Shown here: positions 1 to 12,902 of the stretch, in pieces | How the letters are laid out: every line of letters starts with the position of its first letter | How positions within the stretch are numbered: position 1 is the first letter of the stretch | Assembly (NCBI RefSeq): GCF_044704955.1 | Contig: NW_027254394.1 | Coordinates: 186,001 to 250,000 of the forward strand | Reading direction: 5' to 3' | DNA from: Pristiophorus japonicus | Lineage: Eukaryota | DNA: 64,000 bases | Made by a program: the position numbers and the translations under genes | The notes under the pieces: model-generated | What the model was told of the DNA's origin: nothing | Databases searched by the model: none | The model's input: only the letters and a program-made list of their open reading frames with translations

Positions 1-3000
1 TCCACCAGACTAGATACAGCAAGCTAAAAGTAAGGTGTGACCATAGTCCTTTATTACAGGTCTCAGAGTGCCTCTCCAGCCTGTGAGGCCCCCTTATATA
101 CAGCTGCTCCCAAGGGATTGTGGGATCCCTTGGGACTCCAGGGGATAAGCCCTCTGGTGGTTAGACATAGTATTTACAGGTTTACATACATAACAACACT
201 ACCCCCACCCCCGCCCACCAAAAGTTAATAGTGCAACTATTTACAATCTGAGTCGATCTGGGGCCTTCCTTTCCCTGGTTGATCGTCTTGGTGCAAATGC
301 TGGTTTTGGTGAGTCCTTTGTTGGGCCCTCGCTGGCCTTGCTGGGCTGCTGGAGGTGGTGAGTCCTGCTGGGCTGCTGCTGGTGATGGGTTCTGCATCGT
401 GGTCACCCGCTGTGTCGGTTGCTACTTGTGTGTGTGTTGGAGGGTCGAAAAAGGTAGAGTCTATTGTAGGTTGTTCTGGATAGTCCGTGAATCTGAGTTT
501 GGTTTGGTCCAAGTGTTTCCTGCAGGTGAGTCCATTTGAGAGTTTGACCACAAACACCCTACTCCCCTCTTTGGCCAAAACAATGCCAGGGAGCCACTTG
601 GGACCTTGTCCATAGTTCAACACAAATACAGGATCATTTATCTCAATTTCACAGGAGACATTTGCGCGATCATGATATGTATTCTGTTGAAGCTGCCTGC
701 TCTCTACCTGTTCATATAGATCAGGGTGTACTAACGAGAGCCTTGTCTTAAGTGCCCTTTTCATGAGCAGTTCAGCGGGAGGGAACCCAGTGAGTGAGTG
801 GGGTCTTGTGCGGTAACTAAGCAGGACTCGGTCTGCAATGAGCCTCCAGTTACCCTTTTCAAGCTCAGCTTGATTGTTTGAACTGCTCGTTCTGCCTGAC
901 CGTTGGGCGCTGGTTTAAACGGGGCAGATGTGACATGTTTGATCCCATTGCGGGTCATGAACTTCTTGAACTTGGCACTGGGAAACATGGCCCATTGTCA
1001 CTTACAAGGACATCAGGCAGGCCATGTGTGGCAAACATGGCCCGTAGACTTTCAATGCTGGCAGCGGACGTGCTTGCCGACATTATCACACATTCAATCC
1101 ATTTGGAGTACGCATTGACAACCACTAAGAAAATTTTTCCCAAGAATGGGCCTGCATAGTCGACATGGACTCTGGACCACGGTTTGGAGGGCCAGGACCA
1201 TAAACTTAATGGCGCCTCCCTGGGTGCATTGCTGAACTGGGAACATGTATTACATTTGTGCATGCTGGACTCTAAGTCTGCATCGATCCTGGGCCACCAC
1301 ACGTGGGATCTGGCTATCGCTTTCATCATTACGATGCCTGGGTGGGTGCTGTGGAGATCACTAATGAAAGTGTCCCTGCCCTTTTTTGTCACCACTACCC
1401 GATTACCCCATCGGAGGCAGTCTGCCTGTATAGACATTTTATCTCTGCGCCGCTGGTACGGCTTTATTTCTTCCTGCATCTCTAACAGGACACTAGAACA
1501 ACTCTCGTGGAGCACACAGTTTTTTTACTAAGGACAGTAAGGGGTCCTGGCTCATCGAGATTCTAACCTGTCGGGCGGTAACAAGTGATTGCTCACTCTC
1601 GAATGCTTCCATTACCATGACTAAATCTGCGGGCTGTGCCATCTCCACCCTCGTGGTGGGCAATGGCAGCCTACTGAAAGCATCGGCACAGTTTTCTGTG
1701 CCTGGCCTGTGGCGGATGGTGTAGTTGTATGCGGACAACGTGAGCGCCCATCTCTGGATGCGGGCCGATGCATTCGTGTTTATCCCCTTGCTTTTAGAAA
1801 AGAGGGGCATAAGCAGCTTATGGTCGGTGTCAGATTCAAGTTTGAGCCCGAACAGATATTGATGCATTTTCTTTACCCCTTAAACACATTCTAACGTTTC
1901 TTTTTCGATCATATTGTCGGCCCTCTCGGGCTTAGACAGACTCCTGGATGCATAAGCAACCGGTTGCAATTTCCCAAATTCATTAGCTTGTTGCAATACA
2001 CACCCTACCCCGTACGACGACGCATCACATGCTAGTACCAAACGCTAACATGGATCATACAACACAAGCAATTTGTTTGAACATAACAGCTTCCTAGCTT
2101 TCTCAAAAGGTATTTTCTTGGCTTTTACCCCATGCCCATTCATCTCCTTTACGCAGTAAAGAGTGCAGGGGTTCTAACAATGTGCAAAGACCCAGTAAGA
2201 AGTTACCAAAATAGTTCAGGAGTCCCAGAAATGACCGCAGCTCCGTCATGTTCTGTGGTCTTGGTGTGTTCTCGATTGCCTCCGTCTTCGAATCGGTGGG
2301 CCTGATGCCATCCGCCGTGATTCTTCTCCTCAGGATCTCTACTTCAGGCACCAGGAAAACGCACTTCGAGCGTTTTAGCCTGAGCCCCACACGATTAAGC
2401 CGACTAAGAACCTCCTCCAGGTTCTGCAGGTGCTCGACAGTGTCCCGACCTGTAACCAAGATGTCGTCCTGGAAGACCACGGTGCGCAGGACTGACTTCA
2501 GCAAGCTTTCCATGTTCCTCTGGAATATCGCCACAGCCGATCGAATCCCAAATGAGCATCTGTTGTAACTAAGGAGACCTTTGTGCGTGTTGATGCAGGT
2601 GAGGTCTTTCGATGCAGGAGGCCTCCAGCTCCTGCATCATGTAGGCCGAGGTCAAGTCCAGCTTCGTGAACGTTTTTCCTCCCGCCAGCATCGCAAATAG
2701 ATCGTCTGCCTTCAGTAGTGAGTATTGATCCTGCAGTGAGAAACGATTGATAGTTACTTTGTAATCACCACAGATTCTGACGGTGCCGTCTCCCTTGAGG
2801 ACAGGAACATTCGGACTGGCCCACTCATTGAATTCGATCGGCGAGATGATGCCCTCTCGTTGCAGCCTGTCCAGTTCGATCTCCACCCTCTCTCTTATCA
2901 CGTAAGGTACCGCTCTCACCTTGTGATGGATGGGTCGTGCCCCGGAATCAAATGGATCTGCACTTTTGTTCCTTGGAACTTCCCTATGCCTGGTTCGAAC

Positions 3001-4497
3001 AGCGAGGGGAACTTGTTTAGGACCTGGGCACATGAGATGTCATCGACGGATGAAAGCGCTCGGACGTCGTCCCAGTTCCAGCGTATCTTCCCCAGCCAGC
3101 TCCTGCCGAACAGTGTGGGACCATCGCCCGGTACCACCCAGAATGATAACTCGTGCAGCGCTCCATTGTAGGAAACCTTTCCGGTAGCACTGCCGATTAC
3201 AGGAATCAGTGCCTCGAGGCCTTGCTGCACCACAACTTATCGAAAGTCTTTTTGCTCATTATGGACTGGCTTGCACCAGTGTCCAGTTCCATGGACACCG
3301 GGAGTCCATTTAATTCAACCTTCAGCATTATCAGGGGACACTTTGTGGTAAATGTGTGCACCCCATATACCTCTGCCTCCTCGTTCTGAGGCTCTGGTTC
3401 ATCGTGGTCCACCGTGAATCTGTCATCCTCTGCAACATGGTGGCTTGCAGGATTAGCAGGGTTTGCAGCTTGCCTGCACATGCGTTGGAGGTACCCATTG
3501 TTCCACAGCCCTTGGAAACGTACCCTTACAAGCGGCATGAATGGAAATGATGATCACCCTCGCAGCGCCAACAAGGTGTTAATGGCCTTGCATTCATCAC
3601 CCTTGATGGTGGACTCAGTCATCTGCGGTCATGCAGTTGCAGGCGTGTAAGTCCAGCCCTGTACATTTCGATTCAAAAACAATGTTACCTTGTTCACAGT
3701 ACTTGCAGCAGCACTCGTGTGCTGAGAAATGTGTTTGGTATTGTCACTGGTGGCGATAAATGCCTGGGCTATCACGATGGCTTTACTCAAGGTTGGGGTC
3801 TCTACAGTTAAAAGTTTGCGAAGTATTACTTCATGGCCAATGCCAAGTACAAAGAAGTCCCGGAACATGTGCTCCAAGTGTCCTTCAAATTTGGAATGTC
3901 CTGCAAGGCGCCTTAGCTCGGCGACTTAGCTCGCCACTTCCTGGCCTTCAGACCTCTTGTACGTGTAGAACCGATACCTCGCCATCAGAACGCTTTCCTA
4001 CCGGTTTAGAAGCTCCTGGACCAGTGTGCACAATTCATCGTACGACTTCTCTGTGGGTTTCGCTGGAGCGAGCAGATTTTTCATGAGGCCGTACGTTGGT
4101 GCCCCGCAAACGGTGAGGAGGATCGCCCTTCGTTTGGTAGTGTTCGCTTCTCCTTCCAGCTCGTTGGCCACGAAGTATTGGTCGAGTCACTCCACGGAGG
4201 TTTCCCAATCATCTCCCTCCGAAAATTTCTCCAGGATGCCCACGGTTCTCTGCATTGTTGCGATGGGGTTCGCCGTTTGTATCTCGTCGCCAGTTGTTAC
4301 GTCTTGAATAAAGAGTCAGACTCGATACTGCAAGCTCAAAGTAAGGTGTGACCATAGTCCTTTGTTACAGATCTCAGAGTGCCTCTCCAATCTGTGAGGC
4401 CTCCTTCTATACAGGTGCTCCCAAGAGATTGTGGGATCCCTTAGGACTCCAGGGGATAAGCCCTCTGGTGGTTAGACATGGTATTTACAGGTTTATA
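1..4497 (-). mobile_element. Degenerate Gypsy (Mag-like) LTR retrotransposon with both LTRs (about 1-195 and 4295-4497)
   Basis: Two similar LTRs; PBS TGGCGACGAG (4283-4292, minus); PPT next to the left LTR. Frameshifted gag, protease (LDTGAS), RT (FQDDILV), RNase H and integrase (HPG..WWP..C..C, HVDYAGP, SDNGP) ORF fragments. Confidence 0.93.
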
Positions 4498-6502
4498 CCT
4501 CCTACATGCGCAACTGTGCAAGGGAGACGACTGGGTATGGGGGAATTCACAAGAGGCTGCCTTTAAGAAAGCCAGAAACTTATTGTGTTCTAACAAACTG
4601 CTTGTCCTGTATAACCCATGTAAATGATTGGTGTTAGCTTGCGATGTGTCATCATACAGGGTCAGGTGTGTGTTACAACAAGCTAATGAATCGGGAATTT
4701 TGTAACCATTTGCGTATGCATCGAGGAGTTTGTCCAAGGCCGAAAGGGCTGACAGCATGGTTGAAAAAGAGGCTCTGGTGTGCATTGAAGGGGTAAAATA
4801 AAATGCACCAGTACTTATTGGCCTCAAGTTCGAGCTTGAAACTGACCACAAGCTGCTCATATCGCTATTCTCGGACAGCAAAGGGATTAATATCAATGCC
4901 TCTGCCCGCATCCAAAGATGGGCGCTCACGCTGTCGGCATACAACTATGTAATCTGCCACAGACCGGGCACAGAGAACTGCGCGGGTGCTCTCAGTCGGC
5001 TACCATTGCCCACCACCGGGGTGGAAATGGCACAGCCAGCGGATTTGCTCATGGTCATGGTCATGACGAGAAGTCCCCCGTTATGGCGTCCCAGATCAGG
5101 ACCTGGAACATCCAGGATCCTTTACTGTCCTTGGTAAAAAACTGTGTCCTCCATGGGAGCTGGTCCAGTGTCCCAGTGGAGCTGTCCCTGTAGGCGGACT
5201 GCCTTTTGAGGGGCAATTGTGTAGTCTTGCCCAAGAAAGGCAGAGACACATTTATTTGCAAACTGCGAAACACCCACCCAGGCATCGTAATGATGAAAGC
5301 CATAGACAGATCCCACGTGTGGTGGCCCGGTATCGACTCAGATTTAGAGTATGTGTGCGCCAGTGCAACACTTGCTCTCAGCTGAGCAATGCACCCAGAG
5401 AGGCACCGCTAAGTTTGTGGTCATGGCCCTCCAAACCGTGGTCGAGGATCCATGTAGACTATGCGGGCCCATTCCTAGGCAAAATGTTTTTGGTTGTCGT
5501 AGACGCTTACTCAAAATGGATTGTGCAATAATGTCTGTAAGCACATCCACGGCCACCATTGAAAGCCTACGAGCTATGTTTGCCACGCACGGCCTGCCTG
5601 ATGTCCTAGTCAGCGACAATGGGCCGTGCTTCACCAGTGCTGAATTCAAGGAATTCATGACCCGTAATGGGATCAAACATGTCACACCTGCCCCGTTCTC
5701 GCCCGCATCCAATGGCCAGGCAGAACGGGCAGTTCAGACCATCAAGCAAAGCTTGAAACACGTGTCGGAAGGCTCCCTGCAGATTGGTTATCCCGAGTAC
5801 TGCTCAGCTATGGCACCAGACCCCACTCACTCACCGGAATTCCCCCAGCTGAGCTGCTCATGAAAAGGGTGCTTAAAATAAGCCTCTCTCTTGTCCACCC
5901 TGATCATCCAAATGGCTCACTGGCATGGTCACAGCCAAAGAGGGGAGTAGGGTGTTTCAGGTCAAACTGACCAATGGACAAACACACAGAAAACACTTGG
6001 ACCAAATCAAATTGCGGTTCACCAACAGCTACGTACAACCTGAAGAGGACACCACCAACTGTGACCCTCCAACACACACACACAAGTGGCAACTGACATC
6101 ACAGTTGACCACAAAACCGAACTCATCATCCCCAGCCGCCCGGCAAGGCCGGCTGCCCAACAGCCCAGTGATGAACTGACCAACCCACCCACACCAGCAT
6201 TGGTACCGAGACGATCGACAAGGGAGCGTAAAGCCCCAGATAACCTCACCTTGTAAATAAGTGTAGTGTTGACTTCATGGGGGAGTGATGTTATGTATTT
6301 AACCCTTTGTAATCTGCATCACACCTGACCACCAGAGGCCCACCTGTTGGAGTCCCAAGGGATCCCAGCATCCCTTGGGAGCACAGTATATAAGCAGGCC
6401 TCCCACGAGGTACCTGTACTCTGGAATCTTAATAAAGGAGCGAAGGTCACACTTGCTCATTACACTCAGTACTCAGTCTGACCATTTATTATGAGTGTAA
6501 CA
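4498..6502 (+). mobile_element. 5'-truncated Gypsy element (RNase H-integrase, PPT, 3' LTR 6289-6502)
   Basis: Integrase fragments (SRIHVDYAGPFLGK, SDNGPCFTS); PPT ggggagtga followed by an LTR bounded by TGTTAT...TGTAACA. Confidence 0.88.
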
Positions 6503-7058
6503 CTGGCCATTTTTCCACAGTGAGGATTTGGAAAAGTTACATTAAAATATTAGAATTTTACAAAAATGAAGTGTGTTGACAGACGGTTAATGATGGACTG
6601 AGATGGAAAGTGACTAACATGCTAATTGGGCTGGATGTTGAAATCGTTTCCCCAAAGCCTGATCAATAAGACATTGCTTGTCCTGTCTCAGTATCTACTC
6701 CCTGCTGCTGCTGGGCTTCACTGACAGCCCTTCCCTGCCACTTGTTTTTCTGAAGCTGTTCCTGGGGTTGCTGATGTCATTGGTCAGGCCACATCGATTT
6801 TATTGCATTTACAGAAATCACTTACAGCATGTTCAGGTGTTTTGCTAAAATAATTCGACAGTGCTCTTTATGTGGTGCAGAGATTCACAGCCAATCAGTA
6901 TTTTGCATTTTTAACACAAAATACAAACAATGAGGAAAGCAGAATACAAACAGCGACGAGCACAATTGTCAGGGTGCAGACTGTGGCACTGCTTCACAGT
7001 GAGTGATGTGAGGGGGTCTCACCCATTGTGGTGTGGACCACACTATCTACAACACTAA

Positions 7059-7600
7059 GGGGCTGAAATTGGCCCTTTCTATAAGGCTTCTGGCCATGTG
7101 AAAGTGTCGGCCACGGGTCGGTGCGGAATGGCACCGAGTCTCTGCAGAGGGGCCACCATTTTAAAAATTGTTCTTCCTCGAGTTTGGAGCGGTGTAGGGG
7201 ACGGTTCCGCCTGTTTTCCTGCCGCGGCGTGCACCCGCTGACCCCTTACCGACCGGCAGTGAACCCTTCCCGGAATTACCCCTCGGGAGCAGCCCCACCG
7301 CCGATCGGTGCCCCAACAGCTTTTGCTGTCGGTACATTCTCTGTGACTTGGCCACACAGCTGCCCTTAAAGGGGAGGTGGCACTGCCCGCGATGCAATCT
7401 TATTTTTTTGTCAGCCCGACCCGGCAATTGGGTGTCAAGCCGCTGGCCCGGCCGAAACCCTCCCTGGTGGCCCAGAGTTTGCACTAAAGTGGTTGCAGAG
7501 TTCGCGGGCCCTCCCCTTTAACTGATGGGGGAGGGACATTGTGACACGCCAGCGCGATGACATCATCAGCACGGCACTGAAGGCTTGCAGCGTCGGTCAC
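7059..7600 (+). mobile_element. GC-rich non-autonomous DNA-transposon-like element (possible PIF/Harbinger TIR GGGGCTGAAATT)
   Basis: Starts taa|GGGGCTGAAATTGGCCC; a related inverted end (GGGGCGAATTTCAGCCCC) closes 33820-34465. Confidence 0.45.
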
Positions 7601-8082
7601 TCTGCCCCGCCCCCATTCCACCCCCTCCAGTGATGGTCACTTCGCTCCGCCCCCACTCCACCCCACCAGTGATGGTCACTCCTCCCCACCAGTGATGGTC
7701 ACTCCGCCCCGCCAGTGATGGTCACTCCTCCCCGCCAGTGATGGTCACTCCTCCCCGCCAGTGATGGTCACTCCGCCCTGCCCCCACTCCGCCCCGCCAG
7801 TGATGGTCACTCCTCCCCGCCAGTGATGGTCACTCCTCCCCGCCAGTGATGGTCACTCCTCCCCGCCAGTGATGGTCACTCCGCCCTGCCCCCACTCCGC
7901 CCCGCCAGTGATGGTCACTCCTCCCCACCAGTGATGGTCACTCCTCCCCGCCAGTGATGGTCACTCCTCCCCGCCAGTGATGGTCACTCCGCCCTGCCAG
8001 TGATGGTCACTCCTCCCCGCCAGTGATGGTCACTCCTCCCCGCCAGTGATGGTCACTCCTCCCCACCAGTGATGGTCACTCC
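7600..8082. repeat. Minisatellite, mostly 23-bp CCAGTGATGGTCACTCCTCCCCG units mixed with ~39-bp units
   Basis: Tandem copies read directly from the sequence. Confidence 0.92.
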
Positions 8083-9114
8083 TACCTTGGGGGTAATATA
8101 TTAGTATGGATAGAGGATTGGCTAATGAACAGAAAACAGAGAGTTGGGATAAATGGTTCAGTCTCGGGTTGGCAATCAGTAATTAATGGGGTGCTGTCGG
8201 GTTCAGTGCTGGGACCCCAACTATTTACAATCTAGTTTAACGACTTGGAAGAAGGGACTGAGTGTAACGGAGCCAAGTTTGCTGATGATACAAAGATGGG
8301 AGGAAAAGCAATGTGTGAGGAGGACACAAAAAATCTGCAAAAGGACATAGACAGGCTAAGTGAGTGGGCAAACATTTGGCAGATGGATTATAATGTTGGA
8401 AAGTGTGAGGTCATGCACTTTGGCAGAAAAAAAATCAAAGAGCAAGTTCTTATTTAAATGGAGTAAGATTGCGAAGTGCTGCAGTACAGCGGGACCTGGG
8501 GGAACTTGTGCATGAAATACAAAAGGATAGTATGTAGGTACAGCAAGTGATCAGCAACTCCAATGTAATCTTGGCCTTTATTGCAAAAGGGATGGAGCAT
8601 AAAAGCAGGGAAGTCTTGCAACAGTTATACAGAGTATTGGTGAGGCCACACCTGGAATACTGCGTGCAGTTTTGGTTTCCATATTTACGAACGGTTATAC
8701 TTGCTTTGGAGGAAATTTAGAGAAGGTTCACTCGGTTGATTCCGGAGGTGAGGGGGTTGACTTATGAGCAAAGGTTGAGTAGGTTGGGCCTCTACTCATT
8801 GGAATTCAGAGGCGATCTTATCGAAACGTATAAGATTATGAGGGGGCTTGACAAAGTGAGGATGTTTCTACTGATAGGGGAGACTAGAACTAGAGGGCAT
8901 GATAGTAGAATAAGGGGCCGCGCATTTAAAACTGAGATGAGAAATTTCTTCTCTGAGGGTTGTGAATCTGTGGAATTCGCTGCCTCAGAGAGCTGTGGAA
9001 TCTGGGACATTGAATAAATTTAAGACCATGATCTGATCAGCCATGATCGTATTAAATGGCAGAGCAGGCTCGAGGGGCCGTATGGCCAACTCCTGCTCCT
9101 ATTTCTTATGTTCC
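8083..9114 (+). mobile_element. CR1 LINE 3' fragment inserted in the minisatellite
   Basis: RT C-terminus (KFADDTKMGG, LGLYSLEF) and CR1 3' tail ...cctatttcttatgttc. Confidence 0.9.
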
Positions 9115-11047
9115 CTGACCCCACTCCGCCCCGCTCGTGATGGTCACTCCTCCCTGCCCCCACTCCGCCCCTCCAGTGATGGTCACTCCTCCCTGCCCCC
9201 ACTCCGCCCCTCCAGTGATGGTCACTCCTCCCCGCCCCTCCAGTGATGGTCACTCCTCCATGCCCCCACTCAGCCCCTCCAGTGATGGTCACTCCTCTCT
9301 GCCCCCACTCCACCCCTCCAATGACGGTCACTCCTCCCTGCCCCCACTCCATCCCTCTAGTGATGGTCACTCCTCCCTGCCCCCACTCCGCCCCGCTAGT
9401 GATGGTCACTCCTCCCTGCCCCCATTCCGCCCCTTCAGTGATGGTCACTCCTCCCTGCCCCCACTCCACCCCGCTAGTGATGGTCACTCCTCCCTGCCCC
9501 CACTCCGCCCCTCCAGTGATGGTCACTCCTCCCTGCCCCCACTCCGCCCCGCTAGTGATGGTCACTCCTCCCTGCCCCCACTCCGCCCCTCCAGTGATGG
9601 TCACTCTTCCCTGCCCCCACTCCGCCCCGCTAGTGATGGTCACTCCTCCCCGCCCCCACTCCCACCCTCCAGTGATGGTCACTCCTCCCCGCCCCTCCAG
9701 TGATGGTCACTCCTCCCCGTCCCCACTCCACCCCTCCAGTGATGGTCACTCCTCCCTGCCCCCACTCCACCCCTCCAGTGATGGTCACTCCTCCCTGCCC
9801 CCACTCCGCCCCTCCAGTGATGGTCACTCTTCCCTGCCCCCACTCCGCCCCGCTAGTGATGGTCACTCCTCCCCGCCCCTCCAGTGATGGTCACTCTCCC
9901 CTGCCCCCACTCCGCCCCTCCAGTGATGGTCACTCTTCCCTGCCCCCACTCCGCCCCGCTAGTGATGGTCACTCCTCCCTGCCCCCACTCCGCCCCTCCA
10001 GTGATGGTCACTCTTCCCTGCCCCCACTCCGCCCCGCTAGTGATGGTCCCTCCTCCCCGCCCCCACTCCCAACCTCCAGTGATGGTCACTCCTCCCCGCC
10101 CTTCCAGTGATGGTCACTCCTCCCCGTCCCCACTCCACCCCTCCAATGATGGTCACTCCTCCCTGCCCCCACTCCACCCCTCCAGTGATGGTCACTCCCC
10201 CCTGCCCCCACTCTGCCCCTCCAGTGATGGTCACTCCTCCCTGCCCCCACTCCGCCCCGCTAGTGATGGTCACTCCCCCCTGCCCCCACTCCGCTCCGCT
10301 AGTGATGGTCACTCCTCCCTGCCCCCACTCCGCCCCGCTAGTGATGGTCACTCACCCCTGCCCCCACTCCGCCCCGCTAGTGATGGTCACTCCTCCCTGC
10401 CCCCACTCTGCCCCTCCAGTGATGGTCACTCCCCCCTGCCCCCACTCCGCCCCGCTAGTGATGGTCACTCCTCCCTGCCCCCACTCCACCCCTCCAGTGA
10501 TGGTCACTCCCCCCTGCCCCCACTCTGCCCCTCCAGTGATGGTCACTCCTCCCTGCCCCCACTCCGCCCTGCTAGTGATGGTCACTCCTCCCTGCCCCCA
10601 CTCCACCCCTCCAGTGATGGTCACTCCTCCCTGCCCCCACTCCGCCCCGCTAGTGATGGTCACTCCTCCCTGCCCCCACTCTGCCCCTCCAGTGATGGTC
10701 ACTCCTCCCTGCCCCCACTCCACCCCTCCAGTGATGGTCACTCCTCCCTGCCCCCACTCCGCCCCGCTAGTGATGGTCACTCCTCCCTGCCCCCACTCCA
10801 CCCCTCCAGTGATGGTCACTCCCCCCTGCCCCCACTCTGCCCCTCCAGTGATGGTCACTCCTCCCTGCCCCCACTCCGCCCCGCTAGTGATGGTCACTCC
10901 TCCCTGCCCCCACTCCACCCCTCCAGTGATGGTCACTCCCCCCTGCCCCCACTCTGCCCCTCCAGTGATGGTCACTCCTCCCTGCCCCCACTCCGCCCCG
11001 CTAGTGATGGTCACTCCACCCTGCCCCCACTCCGCCCCGCTAGTGAT
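9115..11047. repeat. 39-bp minisatellite AGTGATGGTCACTCCTCCCTGCCCCCACTCCGCCCCTCC
   Basis: Tandem copies; the 13-aa periodicity in the ORF track matches a 39-bp unit. Confidence 0.95.
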
Positions 11048-11297
11048 GCCCACTGTGCCCCGATGATGAGGCCACTTGAGCCCCACTCCAAAAGACGGCA
11101 CCAAGTGCTGAATTTCTCCGGTTTACCCGCCCCGTCCATTGGGGCAGCCAGAACACATTGAAAACAGGACAAGAAAGAAAAGAAAGGCTTATTGGGTTTG
11201 GATGAAGACAACTCTTTGGCCCACTTGGACTCATCCCTCCAGAACACCAGCCCTCATGCCCCATCCAGCTGTGGCCTGGGAAAACATTCCAGCTGTT

Positions 11298-12400
11298 ACA
11301 TAAGAACATTAGAAATAGGAACAGGAGTCGGCCATTCGGCCCCTCGAGCCTGCTCCGCCATTTAATGTCATGGCTGATCTGATCATGGGCTCAGCTCCAC
11401 TTCCCCGCCCGTTCCCCATAACCCTTTATATTCCTTTATCGCTCAAAAATCTGTCTATCTTCACCTTAAATATATTCAATAACCCAGCCTCCACAGCTCT
11501 CTGGGGCAGAGAATTCCACAGATTTATAACCCTCTGAGAGAAGATCACCTTCTGTGTGAAGAAGCAGATCCCAATGTCTGTCCTAAGGTTACCCTCTTTT
11601 CCTGGTGTATCTGAAAGTATTGTTCCGATGTTTATGCAGCTCCTCTAATGGCCTCAGGAAGTTCCAAACTGCTTTGCAGCCAATGAAGTAGTTTTGAAGT
11701 GTAGTCACTGTTGTAATGTAGGAAACATAGCAGCCAATTTACACACAGGAAGCTCCCACACACAACAATATGATAATGACCAGATAATCTTTTTCGTGAT
11801 GTTGGTTGAGGGATAAATATTGGCCAGGACACCGTGGATAACTCTCCTGCTCTTCGAAATAGTGCCATGGGACTGTTTACATACAACGGCCTTATGGTGA
11901 GAGATTGTGTAGAATGGGCCGATACTCTCTGGTGTTTAGAACAATGAGAAATGATCTCATTGAAACATAAAAGACTTGGAAGGGGATTAACAGGGCAGAT
12001 GCTGAGAGGTTGTTTCCCGTGGCTGGAGAGTGTGGAAGTTGGGTCATTGAATATATTTAAGACAGAGATCGACAGTTTCTTCACCGATAAGGGAAGAAGG
12101 GGTTATGGGAAGCGGGCGGGGAAGTGGAGCCGAGTCCATGATCAGATCAGCCATGATCTTATTCAATGGCGGAGCAGGCTCGAGGGGCCTACTCCTGCTC
12201 CTATTTCTTATGTTCTTAAGAGGACAGACTCTGTTTAACATCTCATCCAAAAGACAGCACCTCTGACAGTGCAGCACTCCCACAGTACTGGGAGTGCCAG
12301 CCTCCATTATGTGCTCAAGTCTCTGGAGTGGGGCTTGAACCCACAACCTGCTGACACAGAGGCGAGAGAGCTGCCCATTGATCCACGGCTGACACTGGAA
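11298..12400. mobile_element. Cluster of CR1 3' ends and a tRNA-derived SINE split by a CR1 fragment
   Basis: CR1 tails at 11298-11545 (-) and 11935-12217 (+); SINE body ~11630-11880 and head ~12225-12400 (-). Confidence 0.7.
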
Positions 12401-12902
12401 ATGTGTCTGATTTGAGGTCGCTCGTTGGAAGCCGATGAGCTGAGCTATCCTTACACTCATTATTTTAACTTTTATTTGCCATTTGATAAATGCATCGCTT
12501 TAAGCTTTTTATTGTAAATTTAAATAACCTTTCTCCCAGATGCTTTAAACCAGTCTCTGATTGGCTCAAATCCTGCATCAAATTAATGTTTTATTTATTT
12601 CGGACACTAAACATCAGCCCATTGAAGTGACCAGATATCGCTATTTGGCAAAACTCAGGTCATTTCTCTCTCCGTTAACACAAGACCTGGGCGATGTGGA
12701 TATAGCAATTCATTACCGTAAAGCCAATTGAATCACAATCAGACTCGTGCTCCAAGATTCTAGTCAAGAAGCATGTTATTGCTCACTGGCACAGTTAGAG
12801 AACATTCAATTTTATTTATTCAATTTTAGTAACAGAGAATCACCCCTGATGGTTTGGTGGGAAAGTGCACTGTGTGGTACTGAGGCAAACAGACCAGGGA
12901 GA

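Noticed and set aside
9115-11047. CCTCCCTGCCCCC matches the human PRDM9 13-mer motif
   Set aside because: PRDM9 specificity turns over rapidly, so a human motif match in a C-rich fish repeat is uninformative.
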